A DNA stretch of 64,000 bases from Patescibacteria group bacterium (lineage in GTDB: Bacteria; Patescibacteriota; Microgenomatia; UBA1400; PJMF01), in NCBI GenBank assembly GCA_039934415.1, contig JBDTME010000004.1, forward strand, positions 632 to 64,631, written 5' to 3'. A program made the translations under genes and the position numbers. Positions within the stretch are counted from its first letter, which is position 1, and every line of letters starts with the position of its first letter. Shown here piece after piece: positions 40,260 through 49,413 of this stretch. The notes under the pieces are model-generated. The model saw only the letters and a program-made list of their open reading frames with translations, had not been told where the DNA came from and searched no databases.

Positions 40260-40378
40260 AAAGATCCTTTTAAAATTAATGTTTTATTGATTGCTAGTCT
40301 ATCATGGAGGTTGATATAAAGAGCATAATTCGTCTTCTTGAGTTTTGTATCAAGTATAGCGATAATACACCTTCAGTT

Positions 40379-40462
40379 GCCGATGTGGCGAAATTGGTAG
40401 ACGCGTACGCTTCAGGAGCGTATGGGAGCAATCCCTTGGAGGTTCGAGTCCTCTCATCGGCA
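40379..40462 (+). tRNA. tRNA-Leu(CAG)
   Basis: Anticodon arm TACGC-TTCAGGA-GCGTA; long variable arm. Confidence 0.95.
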
Positions 40463-40493
40463 CAATTTTACTGGTATAATCAAGTTCTTATAC

Positions 40494-40574
40494 GCCCAGG
40501 TGGTGAAATGGTATACACGTACGCTTGAGGTGCGTATGGCGCAAGCCGTGGAGGTTCAAGTCCTCTCCTGGGCA
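40494..40574 (+). tRNA. tRNA-Leu(GAG)
   Basis: Anticodon arm TACGC-TTGAGGT-GCGTA; long variable arm. Confidence 0.95.
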
Positions 40575-40583
40575 CAAGAAGAT

Positions 40584-40657
<74 letters not shown>

Positions 40658-40709
40658 CGAGATATCTAGTTTGTTGTATCGTATTGATCTGTTAGAATAA
40701 TCAAATCTT

Positions 40710-40782
40710 GCCAAGCTAGCCAAGGTGGTCACGGCGCGTGTCTGAAAAACACGAGATTGAGGTCCGACTCCTCAGCTTGGCA
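40710..40782 (+). tRNA. tRNA-Phe(GAA), atypical T-loop TCCGACT
   Basis: Anticodon arm CGTGT-CTGAAAA-ACACG; intact acceptor stem GCCAAGC/GCTTGGC. Confidence 0.88.
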
Positions 40783-40801
40783 CACAAACAATTAGAAATA
40801 T

Positions 40802-40957
40802 TTACTTTCCCAGTACTTGTTTCATCATATTGCCAATGAAGTTAGCAACGAATTTGACCGCTTCCAGGCTATAAACGACAATTGTTTGTATAATATTTTG
40901 ACTAGATTGTGAGATTTTACTGTTTAATTCTCGGCGTTGTTGATAATCGAGTCCCAT
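40802..40957 (-). CDS. Small hypothetical protein (51 aa, MGLDYQQRREL...)
   Basis: GAAGGAGG RBS and upstream TATACT; amphipathic C-terminus. Confidence 0.6.
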   Translation of the reverse strand: MGLDYQQRRELNSKISQSSQNIIQTIVVYSLEAVKFVANFIGNMMKQVLGK

Positions 40958-41117
40958 ATTCCCTCCTTCAGTATCTATGAGTATAATACCATTTGTTTTG
41001 AAGAGAGTTTTTGAGTGGTTTTGAAAATTAAAAGTTTGCGGCGGTAGCCAGTGTCCCCCGAAGGAGGATCAGCGGCTACAACAAGTAGAGAGTGTAGAAA
41101 ATTAACATTTAAAGTTT

Positions 41118-41191
41118 GCGGCGGTAGCTCAGCTGGCTAGAGCGCCTCCTTGCCAAGGAGGAGGTCGCGGGTTCGAATCCCGTTCGCCGCT
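41118..41191 (+). tRNA. tRNA-Gly(GCC)
   Basis: Anticodon arm CCTCC-TTGCCAA-GGAGG. Confidence 0.95.
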
Positions 41192-41224
41192 CTCGGGTTT
41201 CACTCGTACTTCCTAGTCCTTTTT

Positions 41225-41295
41225 TGCCGGATGGTGAAGTGGTATCACAGCGGCCTTTGAAGCCGTATTCCTAGGTTCGAATCCTAGTCCGGCAG
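41225..41295 (+). tRNA. tRNA-Gln(TTG)
   Basis: Anticodon arm GCGGC-CTTTGAA-GCCGT. Confidence 0.93.
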
Positions 41296-41320
41296 CAAAA
41301 GTCGATGCTATACTTCCTTC

Positions 41321-41485
41321 ATGTCCGAAAAAACCATCATCCTGATTGCAGTATTTGTCAGTTCCACGGTGGGCGGATATTTGCCAGTGCTGTGGGGTGG
41401 GTCACTTTTTTCTTTTAGCTCTGTTTTTTTGAGTGCTATTGGCGGAGTAGTTGCTTTATATTTTTCGTACAAAGCAGTCATGTGA
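41321..41485 (+). CDS. Small Gly-rich 2-TM membrane protein (54 aa)
   Basis: MSEKTIILIAVFVSSTVGGYLPVLWGG...; TGCTATACT -10 just upstream. Confidence 0.65.
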   Translation: MSEKTIILIAVFVSSTVGGYLPVLWGGSLFSFSSVFLSAIGGVVALYFSYKAVM

Positions 41486-42466
41486 CTACCCAAGTCCAAC
41501 TTTTTCTTTCACTTCTTTGATAGTTTCTTCAGCAATGGCTCTGGCCTTTTGAGCGCCTTCTCGAATGATCTGATCAATGTATTCCGGATTCTTCTCTAAC
41601 TCTGAGCGTTTTTCCTGAAGTGGTTTGAGTTCATCAAAGATAGCTTGAGTAACAGCCTCCTTCAACTCTACAAACTTCAAAGAGCCATCTTCAAATTGCT
41701 TTTTGAATGCTTCGACCTGGTCAGGCGCTAATATGTGTAGAAAATCAAACAACGTTTTGATCCCACCTGTTATTTCTCCCCCAGCTGTAGTTGCAGTAGG
41801 AACAGATCGAACTTTTTTCCGAATCTCATCGATTGAATCAGTCAAATTGATAAAACTACCTTCCACAGATTTGCTCATTTTGCCTTCACCACTAAGTGAC
41901 GGGACATAACCACCTTCTGTCGCAAATCGTTTTGGTTCTGGGAAATCAGTGCCATACTTACTATTCATTGATCGAGCAATCTCCCTAGAAACTTCAAGAT
42001 GTGGCTCTTGATCGATGCCTACTGGCACAAGATCGGCTTTGTAGAGCAGAATGTCAGCTGACATCAAGATAGGGTAATTAAGCAACGCCATCGTGGCGTG
42101 TTGAGGGTGTTGTTTGACTTTATCTTTAAACGTTGGCAAGTGTTGCATTTTGGCAATTGTGACAACCGAAGAAAGATAAAAAGCTAACTCAAAATGCTGA
42201 GTGACTTGTGCTTGTTGAAATAAAATTGACTTATTTGGGTCCAAACCAGCAGCCAGATAATCGACGATTACCTCACGACGATTCACCCGAAGTTCTTCTA
42301 CAGTGTACGGAGTTGTGAGCGTGTGGGCATCTGCCACCATGTACAGCGTTTCGTATTCAGAATTATTTTGGAGGTCTAGCATCCCTTTTACCGCACCCAG
42401 ATAGTTACCTAAGTGAAGTCGGCCGGTTGCCCGAATACCTGAAAGCACACGTTTTTTGTTTGTCAT
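41486..42466 (-). CDS. trpS: Tryptophan--tRNA ligase
   Basis: HLGNYLGA, VPVGIDQ and KMSKS motifs. Confidence 0.97.
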   Translation of the reverse strand: MTNKKRVLSGIRATGRLHLGNYLGAVKGMLDLQNNSEYETLYMVADAHTLTTPYTVEELRVNRREVIVDYLAAGLDPNKSILFQQAQVTQHFELAFYLSSVVTIAKMQHLPTFKDKVKQHPQHATMALLNYPILMSADILLYKADLVPVGIDQEPHLEVSREIARSMNSKYGTDFPEPKRFATEGGYVPSLSGEGKMSKSVEGSFINLTDSIDEIRKKVRSVPTATTAGGEITGGIKTLFDFLHILAPDQVEAFKKQFEDGSLKFVELKEAVTQAIFDELKPLQEKRSELEKNPEYIDQIIREGAQKARAIAEETIKEVKEKVGLG

Positions 42467-42507
42467 AAGTTTTCCTAAATTATTTCTATTGTATAATACT
42501 TTTTTGC

Positions 42508-42540
42508 AGTGAGACCCCGATATTTTATCGGGGTCTCACT
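42508..42540. terminator. Perfect 15-bp hairpin
   Basis: AGTGAGACCCCGATA-TTT-TATCGGGGTCTCACT. Confidence 0.6.
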
Positions 42541-42602
42541 CAATGCTTTTCGCCGTTTGCGGCAAATCTCAGAAAGGCACGTCTTTAATTTTCTGCGCAA
42601 TG

Positions 42603-42800
42603 CTAAAACCACCAACTCCCGCTCATGAACGGACGGGAATCGTGCTGCTCTACGTTCTCATCTTTACTTTCTTTCTCAGGTTTCTTAGCCGGCTCCGCCT
42701 TTTTTGGCCTGAAGTGGAAGATGATTTTCTTCAAGCTTATTTTTCTGAAAATCTTGATGTGTAACAGTACTAGATATCTGAATTTCTGTATTGTGTTCAC
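42603..42800 (-). CDS. Small basic hypothetical protein
   Basis: AAGGAGA RBS, GTG start. Confidence 0.45.
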   Translation of the reverse strand: MNTIQKFRYLVLLHIKIFRKISLKKIIFHFRPKKAEPAKKPEKESKDENVEQHDSRPFMSGSWWF

Positions 42801-42836
42801 TGTACTCTCCTTAAAGCTCTACCAAAGTGGAATTGA

Positions 42837-42941
42837 TTAGAACCCTACAATCACTCCTGACTTAGCTGCTACCGTGAGTAGCGCGACGCCCAATCCAATC
42901 AGGAATAGTACTGCATACAACACGACATCTTTCTTGTTCAT
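42837..42941 (-). CDS. 34-aa single-TM peptide (MNKKDVVLYAVLFLIGLG...)
   Basis: AAAGGAGA RBS; hydrophobic helix. Confidence 0.5.
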   Translation of the reverse strand: MNKKDVVLYAVLFLIGLGVALLTVAAKSGVIVGF

Positions 42942-43223
42942 CAAGAGTTTCTCCTTTCTGAAAACTATCAGCGCATCTCCGTTTCCACGTTATGTGGAAG
43001 TTTCGACACACTGCTGTTTCCCGCCTAAGCTTCGGCGGGAATTGAGCAATGTGTTAACTACTGGCGATTTCTGACAGCTATTTCTGCATAAATGAAAGTC
43101 ATGTTTCCTTCCTCAAATATTTCAAAATTAGTATGAATGCCAAATTGATAAAAAAGTCGCCCATTAATTTTTCTAATTTGTGAGTTAGATAAAACAGTAC
43201 CGACTTTAACTCGATAATTATCT

Positions 43224-43358
43224 TTAAGTTTTTTCCTGCCAAACTAATGAGATAGAATGCACGATGTGATCAGTTAAATCAGCCGTTTTAGTCAGCTGAA
43301 TCTCTGGCATCTCTTTTAAGACTGTATCAGTTACTGTTTCTATTTGATGAATTGACAT
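43224..43358 (-). CDS. 44-aa hypothetical protein
   Basis: AGGAG RBS plus ATG. Confidence 0.4.
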   Translation of the reverse strand: MSIHQIETVTDTVLKEMPEIQLTKTADLTDHIVHSISLVWQEKT

Positions 43359-43454
43359 AGGAACTCCTACTGTGAGCTTCTTTCACGATTTTTTAATTTG
43401 TTTTTTTCTAATTCTTCTGCTGTCAAAAATATCAGAAAGTAATTTCCGGTGTAA

Positions 43455-43613
43455 TCAATAATCCTGCCAAAGACGACCTTGTTCTATTGCTTCAACAACG
43501 CCTGACAACTTTCGTTGCAGAAAAATTTTCTCAACATTTTCTAGTGGATCATCTATTGATTTAGGACCCGGTATATTTACTTTGAGTTCGATTCTTTTTG
43601 CTCTTTCTAACAT
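43455..43613 (-). CDS. 52-aa hypothetical protein
   Basis: AAGGAA RBS plus ATG, downstream of the candidate leader RNA. Confidence 0.45.
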   Translation of the reverse strand: MLERAKRIELKVNIPGPKSIDDPLENVEKIFLQRKLSGVVEAIEQGRLWQDY

Positions 43614-43644
43614 ATTTTTCCTTATTATTTTATTTTTTAACCAC

Positions 43645-43772
43645 AAAAAAACTCCCTTTAGGGGAGCTGTACTATTGCTTGATAATTCTTATTGATTTAG
43701 CCGCAACAATTCTCCCCTTAGCTTAAGGTGGAGTGCCAACTTACGATAGTCAGTTGATATTGTTGCATTAGA
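43645..43772 (-). ncRNA. Candidate riboswitch/attenuator (three-way junction plus terminator)
   Basis: TTGCAC-N17-TACAAT promoter, P1 GCAACAAT/ATTGTTGC enclosing two hairpins, then CTCCC-CTAAA-GGGAG-T7. Confidence 0.5.
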
Positions 43773-43806
43773 GGAATTGTACCAATTGTTTTGAGTGTGT
43801 GCAAGT

Positions 43807-44526
43807 CTATTTTTGCAATACTACGTAAATGTTGCTTTGGTTCTCCTTACCGTCGGCGTAAAACTGAGCCACTTTAGTTAGTGAAAGTGTCTCGACCAGT
43901 CTCTCGATTTCTTTCTGGTCTATCAGATGACAATAGCGAATTGCATGCTCTCCCCGTTGCCAATCGAGCAGAAAATCATTTTTTTCTAATTGTGTTTGGT
44001 CAAGATCTGGACATTTTGTCCATGGAATAATTCGTTCCTTTAATTGGGGAATTTTCGTAAACTGCCAGGCAGTGAAAATGAGTAACCCGCCTTTATTTAG
44101 TTTTTGCTTCAACCGTTTGAGTAGTGCTGCTCTTTCGTCAAAACTGGGAATGTGATGCAACACCGCTATCAGGACAATAACGTCATACGTTCCCTCAAGT
44201 TCGGAAATGCGTTGTTTGTTCATCAAATCGAGCGCAATAAACTTGCCTTTAAAAAGCTTTTTTCGCCCCGCAGTTAATAATTCTGCACTATTATCAATTC
44301 CCACATACTCTAATTCATGAATGTGCTCAGTTAAGAACTCTCCAAACCGACCATTTCCGCAGCCAGCATCGAGAACTCTCAGTGGTTGAGGTTGTTTCCA
44401 TAGAAATTGAAGTAGCTTTGACCATCCTTCCCAGGCTTTCTGGCGAGTGACATCAAATTCACTCCAGACAGTTTGGTAAAACTGTTGATTCAGGTTGTTG
44501 AGGAGTTGTTGAGTCTTAGAGTTCAT
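43807..44526 (-). CDS. Class I SAM methyltransferase, Trm9/ALKBH8-MTase-like
   Basis: FDVTR..AW, DAGCGNGR, IAVLHHIP, FTAW and RYCH motifs. Confidence 0.8.
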   Translation of the reverse strand: MNSKTQQLLNNLNQQFYQTVWSEFDVTRQKAWEGWSKLLQFLWKQPQPLRVLDAGCGNGRFGEFLTEHIHELEYVGIDNSAELLTAGRKKLFKGKFIALDLMNKQRISELEGTYDVIVLIAVLHHIPSFDERAALLKRLKQKLNKGGLLIFTAWQFTKIPQLKERIIPWTKCPDLDQTQLEKNDFLLDWQRGEHAIRYCHLIDQKEIERLVETLSLTKVAQFYADGKENQSNIYVVLQK

Positions 44527-44582
44527 CAGGAAATTATACTGCATAATGAGCTTATAGGCTGTTTTTCTGGTAAAATAGCCAG

Positions 44583-46400
44583 ATGTCGACGTTTAATTTC
44601 GATCCAGCTGAGTTTAAAGAAAGTCTCTTACCTCTTCTCAATGAGTTAGTTATTGTGCCAGATTTAGGTCAAAAAGGTTTTTACAAAATCGTTCGAAAAC
44701 ACCAACGTCCAGACGGAAACCTCTTTTCTAAAGATCAAATATTAAGCGGATATCGTTACTTTGTTGATCAGGGCATTCTGAGAGTTCAGTCCCATGAATT
44801 TCTTCAAAAACTGCAAACTAAGCCTGTCCGCACTGCATCAGGCGTAACCCCCGTCACTGTGCTTACCAAACCGTTTCCTTGTCCTGGGAAATGCATTTTT
44901 TGTCCAAATGATATCCGGATGCCCAAAAGCTACTTGAGTGATGAGCCCGGTGCTCAGCGAGCAGAGCGCAATCAATTTGATCCCTACCTCCAAGCCTTCA
45001 ACCGCTTGCAAGCCTTTAAGAATATTGGCCACTCCATCGATAAGGTTGAAATTATTATCTTAGGTGGTACGTGGTCATTTTACCCAGAAGAGTATCAAAT
45101 TTGGTTTATTAAACGTTGTTTCGACGCTCTCAATGATTTTGGTGCTGGTCGAAATGACATGGAACGACTAGAAAAACTATACCAAACGAAAAATGATAAG
45201 TTAGAAGTTGAGTCTCGAACGCGAAACGAGAAAGTCTCAAAAAAAATCATAGATGGTGAAACACTAGAAAGAACTTACAACCAAGTGATATCTGAGCTAT
45301 ACACTGCACCAGATAAATTACTCAAACTGGATTCTGATCAAACTGCGACTTGGGCAGAGTTAGAGCTAGCTCATAAAGAAAACGAAACAACTCAAGTTCG
45401 TTGTGTCGGATTAGTGATAGAGACACGACCGGATAATATTTCAGAAGCTGAAGTACTGCGGATTCGTCGACTGGGTTGTACCAAAACTCAGATAGGTATC
45501 CAGTCTTTGCAAGATGAAGTGTTGGAAAAAAATAAAAGAGGTCATGATGTGGCTGCAACTCGGCGGGCATTTGCATTATTGCGGCAGGCAGGTTTTAAAA
45601 TTCATGCCCACTGGATGCCCAACTTATATGGCAGTAGTCCTGAAAAAGATATCGAAGATTATAAAAAATTATTTAGCGATGATGACTTTAAACCGGATGA
45701 GCTCAAGATTTATCCGTGCTCTTTAATCAGCTCTGCTGAACTCATGCAGTATTACAAAAAAGATTTATGGCATCCTTACACTGATCAGGAATTGTCGAAA
45801 GTGCTGACTGAGAGTTTGATGTTGACTCCTGAGTACTGTCGACTGACGCGTGTCATTCGTGATATACCTTCGACTGATATCGTGGTCGGTAATAAAAAAA
45901 CTAACTATCGTGAGATAGCAGAAAAATCTTTAGCAGATCAAGGCTTACAATCAAAAGACATTCGAGCCAGAGAAATCAAAAGTCAACAGGTCAGTTTAGA
46001 TGATCTTCACCTCGATGAGATACACTACTCTACCTCAGTCAGTGATGAAGTCTTTATTCAATTCATTACAAAAGAAAGAAAAATAGCTGGCTTTTTGCGA
46101 CTTTCCTTACCGAAACGAAATGGATTTATTGAAGAGATACATGACTCAGCTATGATTCGAGAAGTGCACGTGTATGGCCAAACGACACAAATCGGTGAAG
46201 CTCCAACTGAGTTAGCAGGCAAACATGATAAAGCACAACATTTGGGGTTAGGAAAACGCTTAATTGAACGAGCCAAAGAACTTGCAAGTGAAGCTCACTT
46301 TAATAAACTTCAGGTCATTTCTGCAATTGGCACCCGTGAATATTATCGCAAACAGGGTTTCCAAGATGGTACACTGTATCAGTATATAGAATTGAGTTAA
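44583..46400 (+). CDS. elp3: Elp3 tRNA uridine(34) carboxymethyl/acetyl-transferase (radical SAM + KAT)
   Basis: RTASGV, CPGKCIFCP, MPKSY, GGT, ETRPD, LKIYP, REVHVYG, QH.GLG and YYRK.GF motifs. Confidence 0.95.
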   Translation: MSTFNFDPAEFKESLLPLLNELVIVPDLGQKGFYKIVRKHQRPDGNLFSKDQILSGYRYFVDQGILRVQSHEFLQKLQTKPVRTASGVTPVTVLTKPFPCPGKCIFCPNDIRMPKSYLSDEPGAQRAERNQFDPYLQAFNRLQAFKNIGHSIDKVEIIILGGTWSFYPEEYQIWFIKRCFDALNDFGAGRNDMERLEKLYQTKNDKLEVESRTRNEKVSKKIIDGETLERTYNQVISELYTAPDKLLKLDSDQTATWAELELAHKENETTQVRCVGLVIETRPDNISEAEVLRIRRLGCTKTQIGIQSLQDEVLEKNKRGHDVAATRRAFALLRQAGFKIHAHWMPNLYGSSPEKDIEDYKKLFSDDDFKPDELKIYPCSLISSAELMQYYKKDLWHPYTDQELSKVLTESLMLTPEYCRLTRVIRDIPSTDIVVGNKKTNYREIAEKSLADQGLQSKDIRAREIKSQQVSLDDLHLDEIHYSTSVSDEVFIQFITKERKIAGFLRLSLPKRNGFIEEIHDSAMIREVHVYGQTTQIGEAPTELAGKHDKAQHLGLGKRLIERAKELASEAHFNKLQVISAIGTREYYRKQGFQDGTLYQYIELS

Positions 46401-46948
46401 TGTTTGATTTTAATTGGCAAACACCAGCTACTCTAAAAGACGGATCAACTGTTATTTTAAGATACCCTACTGTTGACGATGCTGAAAAATTGCAGTATTT
46501 CATCAATCCAATTGTCAAAGAAGACACTTTCATTTTGCTTAATGAGGATCAGACGCTCAATCAAGAAAAAGCATATCTTGCAAATATTATTTCCATGATG
46601 CATCAAAAGACAGCCATAAAAATTTGTGGCTATGCTGAAAATAAAATCGTGGCTGCAGCTGACGTTACGAGGTACCTCTATAAACAAAACCACGTAGGCA
46701 GACTGGGAATTTCTATCAGTCAAGAATATCGCGGAATGGGTTTGGGAAAAATTCTGATGACTGAGATGTTGAAACAGGCAAAAGACATTTTGGGTTTAAA
46801 GATGATTGAATTGACTTGTTATGCTGATAACCTTGCTGGTCAACGTTTATACACTTCTTTAGGTTTTGTGGAATACGGACGGGTACCTGGTGCAATTTTC
46901 TACAAAGGGAAGTACGTAGATCAACTGAATTTTTATAAAGAGTTATAA
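46400..46948 (+). CDS. GNAT acetyltransferase
   Basis: YRGMGLG acetyl-CoA motif and N...LY..LGF; the start overlaps the elp3 stop. Confidence 0.9.
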   Translation: MFDFNWQTPATLKDGSTVILRYPTVDDAEKLQYFINPIVKEDTFILLNEDQTLNQEKAYLANIISMMHQKTAIKICGYAENKIVAAADVTRYLYKQNHVGRLGISISQEYRGMGLGKILMTEMLKQAKDILGLKMIELTCYADNLAGQRLYTSLGFVEYGRVPGAIFYKGKYVDQLNFYKEL

Positions 46949-46958
46949 CTTTTCTTTG

Positions 46959-47041
46959 TGCCGAAGGAGGGACTCGAACCCTCACATCCTTGCGGATATC
47001 AGATTTTAAGTCTGACGTGTCTACCATTTCACCACTTCGGC
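46959..47041 (-). tRNA. tRNA-Leu(TAA)
   Basis: Anticodon arm TCAGA-CTTAAAA-TCTGA; long variable arm. Confidence 0.95.
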
Positions 47042-47101
47042 TGGTTACAGAATCTCTATTTTAGCATTTTTTTCGAGAAGGTGAACTGTTATACTCTGTA
47101 C

Positions 47102-47812
47102 ATGTTTTCAAAAAAACTTCAGGGCTACACCTTTTTTTACTCAAACGATATCGAATTTCGCTATCTGTATGAGGAGATTTTCAAAAAGTACATCTACTAT
47201 GTGCAGCTGGAAACGATGGAACCTCGAATTTTGGACTGTGGTGCCCACATTGGATTAGCGTGTATTTACTTCAAGTCTACTTATCCTGGTGCTCGTATTA
47301 CTGCTTTTGAACCGGAACCACCAAATTTAGAATTATTGAAGGAGAATTTGCAAATTAATCAAATGACTGACGTTGAGATCATTCCGAAAGCGTTGTGGTC
47401 AACCGAAGGGCAAATGCAGCTGCATGTCGATATTGATCAGGAGAACCACTGGTCCTCTACCAGCTCGTTACTCAAGGGATCGTGGACGACGAAGCAACCG
47501 ACGGCACCAATTGTGGTTGAAACCGTCAAGTTGAGTACTTATCTGAATGAGCCAATTGATATTTTAAAAATTGATATTGAGGGTGCTGAAACTGAGGTTC
47601 TGAAGGAGTGTCGCGATCAGTTGGTGAACGTGAAGTATTTGTTTGTAGAATTTCACGCAACTCGGTTGCATCGTCCAGAGGAACTTGTCACCTTGTTGAT
47701 GAACTCCGGTTTTGAACTCACGGTTTTTGCTGATAACCAAGAAGTTCCACTCAATAGAATGACCCGTCGCAAACCCACACTGTACATGATAGAGGCAGTT
47801 AGAAACACTTAG
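47102..47812 (+). CDS. FkbM family methyltransferase
   Basis: DCGAHIG, FEPEP and KIDIEGAE motifs. Start taken at ATG 47102, after the tRNA. Confidence 0.9.
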   Translation: MFSKKLQGYTFFYSNDIEFRYLYEEIFKKYIYYVQLETMEPRILDCGAHIGLACIYFKSTYPGARITAFEPEPPNLELLKENLQINQMTDVEIIPKALWSTEGQMQLHVDIDQENHWSSTSSLLKGSWTTKQPTAPIVVETVKLSTYLNEPIDILKIDIEGAETEVLKECRDQLVNVKYLFVEFHATRLHRPEELVTLLMNSGFELTVFADNQEVPLNRMTRRKPTLYMIEAVRNT

Positions 47813-48663
47813 CCAAATCTACCGTCAATATAGTCCCTGGTTTCCGCTGCTTCAGGGTAATTAAAAAGTTTATCTGTTTCGTTACACTCTACCATTACAC
47901 CCCATCTTTTTTCAGCTCCGTGAATTTCTTCCTCTTTGCGAATACTGTAGAAGGTAGTGTAGTCACTCACTCGTTGAGCTTGTTGCATATTATGGGTAAC
48001 AATGACGATGGTGTAATCTTTTAGTTCTTCTTTCATTAAATTTTCGATGCGTTGAGTTGATATAGGATCAAGGGCTGAACAGGGCTCATCCATCAGGATG
48101 ACCTCGGGTTCTACTGCAATAGTGCGCGCTATACACAGCCGTTGTTGCTGACCTCCAGAAAGGGCAAGTCCAGATTTTTTTAAATCAGTTTTCACCTCAT
48201 CCCAAAGTGCCGCGCTACGTAAACTTCTTTCAATAATCTCATCCAGGATTTTCCAATTATTGATTCCAAGTAACCGTGGTCCATATGCCACATTGTCATA
48301 AATACTTTTTGGGAAAGGATTTGGTTTTTGAAATACCATGCCTACTCGTCGACGAACTTCAACTGGATCGACATTTGGAGCATATAGATTTTGGCCGTTA
48401 TAGACGGTACTCCCTTCTACTCGAGCTCCTGGAATAAGATCATTCATTCGATTTAGACAACGAAGCATTGTACTTTTTCCGCAACCAGATGGACCAATGA
48501 AAGCGGTTACTTTTCCTTTGAATAAGGGAAGTGAAACCTTTTCTACAGCGAGTCTTGAATCGTAATATACGGACACATCTGTGAGTTGGAAAGCTACCTG
48601 AGGTGAAGGTTCTTGATCGATATGTTTACCTTCAGTATTAGGTTGTGGTCGTTCTCCAGCCAT
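47809..48663 (-). CDS. pstB: Phosphate ABC transporter ATPase
   Basis: [32 protein letters not shown] and GRFG terminus. Confidence 0.95.
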   Translation of the reverse strand: MAGERPQPNTEGKHIDQEPSPQVAFQLTDVSVYYDSRLAVEKVSLPLFKGKVTAFIGPSGCGKSTMLRCLNRMNDLIPGARVEGSTVYNGQNLYAPNVDPVEVRRRVGMVFQKPNPFPKSIYDNVAYGPRLLGINNWKILDEIIERSLRSAALWDEVKTDLKKSGLALSGGQQQRLCIARTIAVEPEVILMDEPCSALDPISTQRIENLMKEELKDYTIVIVTHNMQQAQRVSDYTTFYSIRKEEEIHGAEKRWGVMVECNETDKLFNYPEAAETRDYIDGRFG

Positions 48664-48775
48664 AGGAAATCCATTTTGTTATAATTAACTCAGAAGTATA
48701 CAAAATATTTTAAAAGAGTGTTGAGTGTATTGAAGAGAAAAAGGGAGTAGTTTTAGTATTTTTCTATTTAGATGG

Positions 48776-49174
48776 TCATTCGTTTTGAGCCCAATTCCAA
48801 TTTGCAACAATGCTTCGAGCTAATTGTATTGCTTCATCTGTTGACATATCTGTCGTGAACTGTGATTCAATACTTCCCCACCCAACTTGTTGAGCAGCAA
48901 TTTGACGCATTATTTTATAATCAATGAAAACAGATCCTTCAGTGCCGGAGTAATAAACATTTTGATCCTTCAGGTTCTTCACTATTGCTTCTTTTCTACT
49001 CACATATTTATCAGTATCTGCCGCTATTGGCAGATCAAAATCTCTTGCTCTCACACACAACATTGTCACAATTTGTTCTAATAGTCTAATCGCGAACAAC
49101 TCAACATTATCTTCATTCCCCACTACTTTATGTGGAGGCATCCAACCCTCAGGTATTTCAAATTCTATGCTCAT
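48776..49174 (-). CDS. Hypothetical protein
   Basis: 132-aa ORF downstream of the HTH gene. Confidence 0.6.
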   Translation of the reverse strand: MSIEFEIPEGWMPPHKVVGNEDNVELFAIRLLEQIVTMLCVRARDFDLPIAADTDKYVSRKEAIVKNLKDQNVYYSGTEGSVFIDYKIMRQIAAQQVGWGSIESQFTTDMSTDEAIQLARSIVANWNWAQNE

Positions 49175-49182
49175 ATTAAAAA

Positions 49183-49404
49183 TTATTGCTGAGTGTTCTC
49201 GTCATTTTTGTATTCCAAAATGTCTCCAGGTTGACAACCTAAGGTTTTACAAATCGCTTCTAAAGTTGAAAAGCGTATAGCTCTTGCCTTGCTATTTTTC
49301 AAGATTGAGAGATTAGCCATAGTAATACCAACCTTTTCTGAAAGCTCAGTAACACTCATCTTTCGCTTGGCTAGCATCACGTCGATATTTATTATTATTG
49401 CCAT
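49183..49404 (-). CDS. Cro/C1-type HTH regulator (YozG-like)
   Basis: VGITMANLSILK and CQPGDILEY motifs. Confidence 0.92.
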   Translation of the reverse strand: MAIIINIDVMLAKRKMSVTELSEKVGITMANLSILKNSKARAIRFSTLEAICKTLGCQPGDILEYKNDENTQQ

Positions 49405-49413
49405 AAATTCACC

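Noticed and set aside
40710-40782. tRNA-Phe as a pseudogene because of its TCCGACT T-loop
   Set aside because: All stems pair and a -10 box precedes it, so it is likely a functional variant.
42480-42640. T-box leader for trpS
   Set aside because: No recognisable T-box antiterminator (GGTGGNACC) or specifier stem.
42960-43075. Hammerhead or twister ribozyme (CGAAAC next to long stems)
   Set aside because: No correctly placed CUGANGA core or twister consensus.
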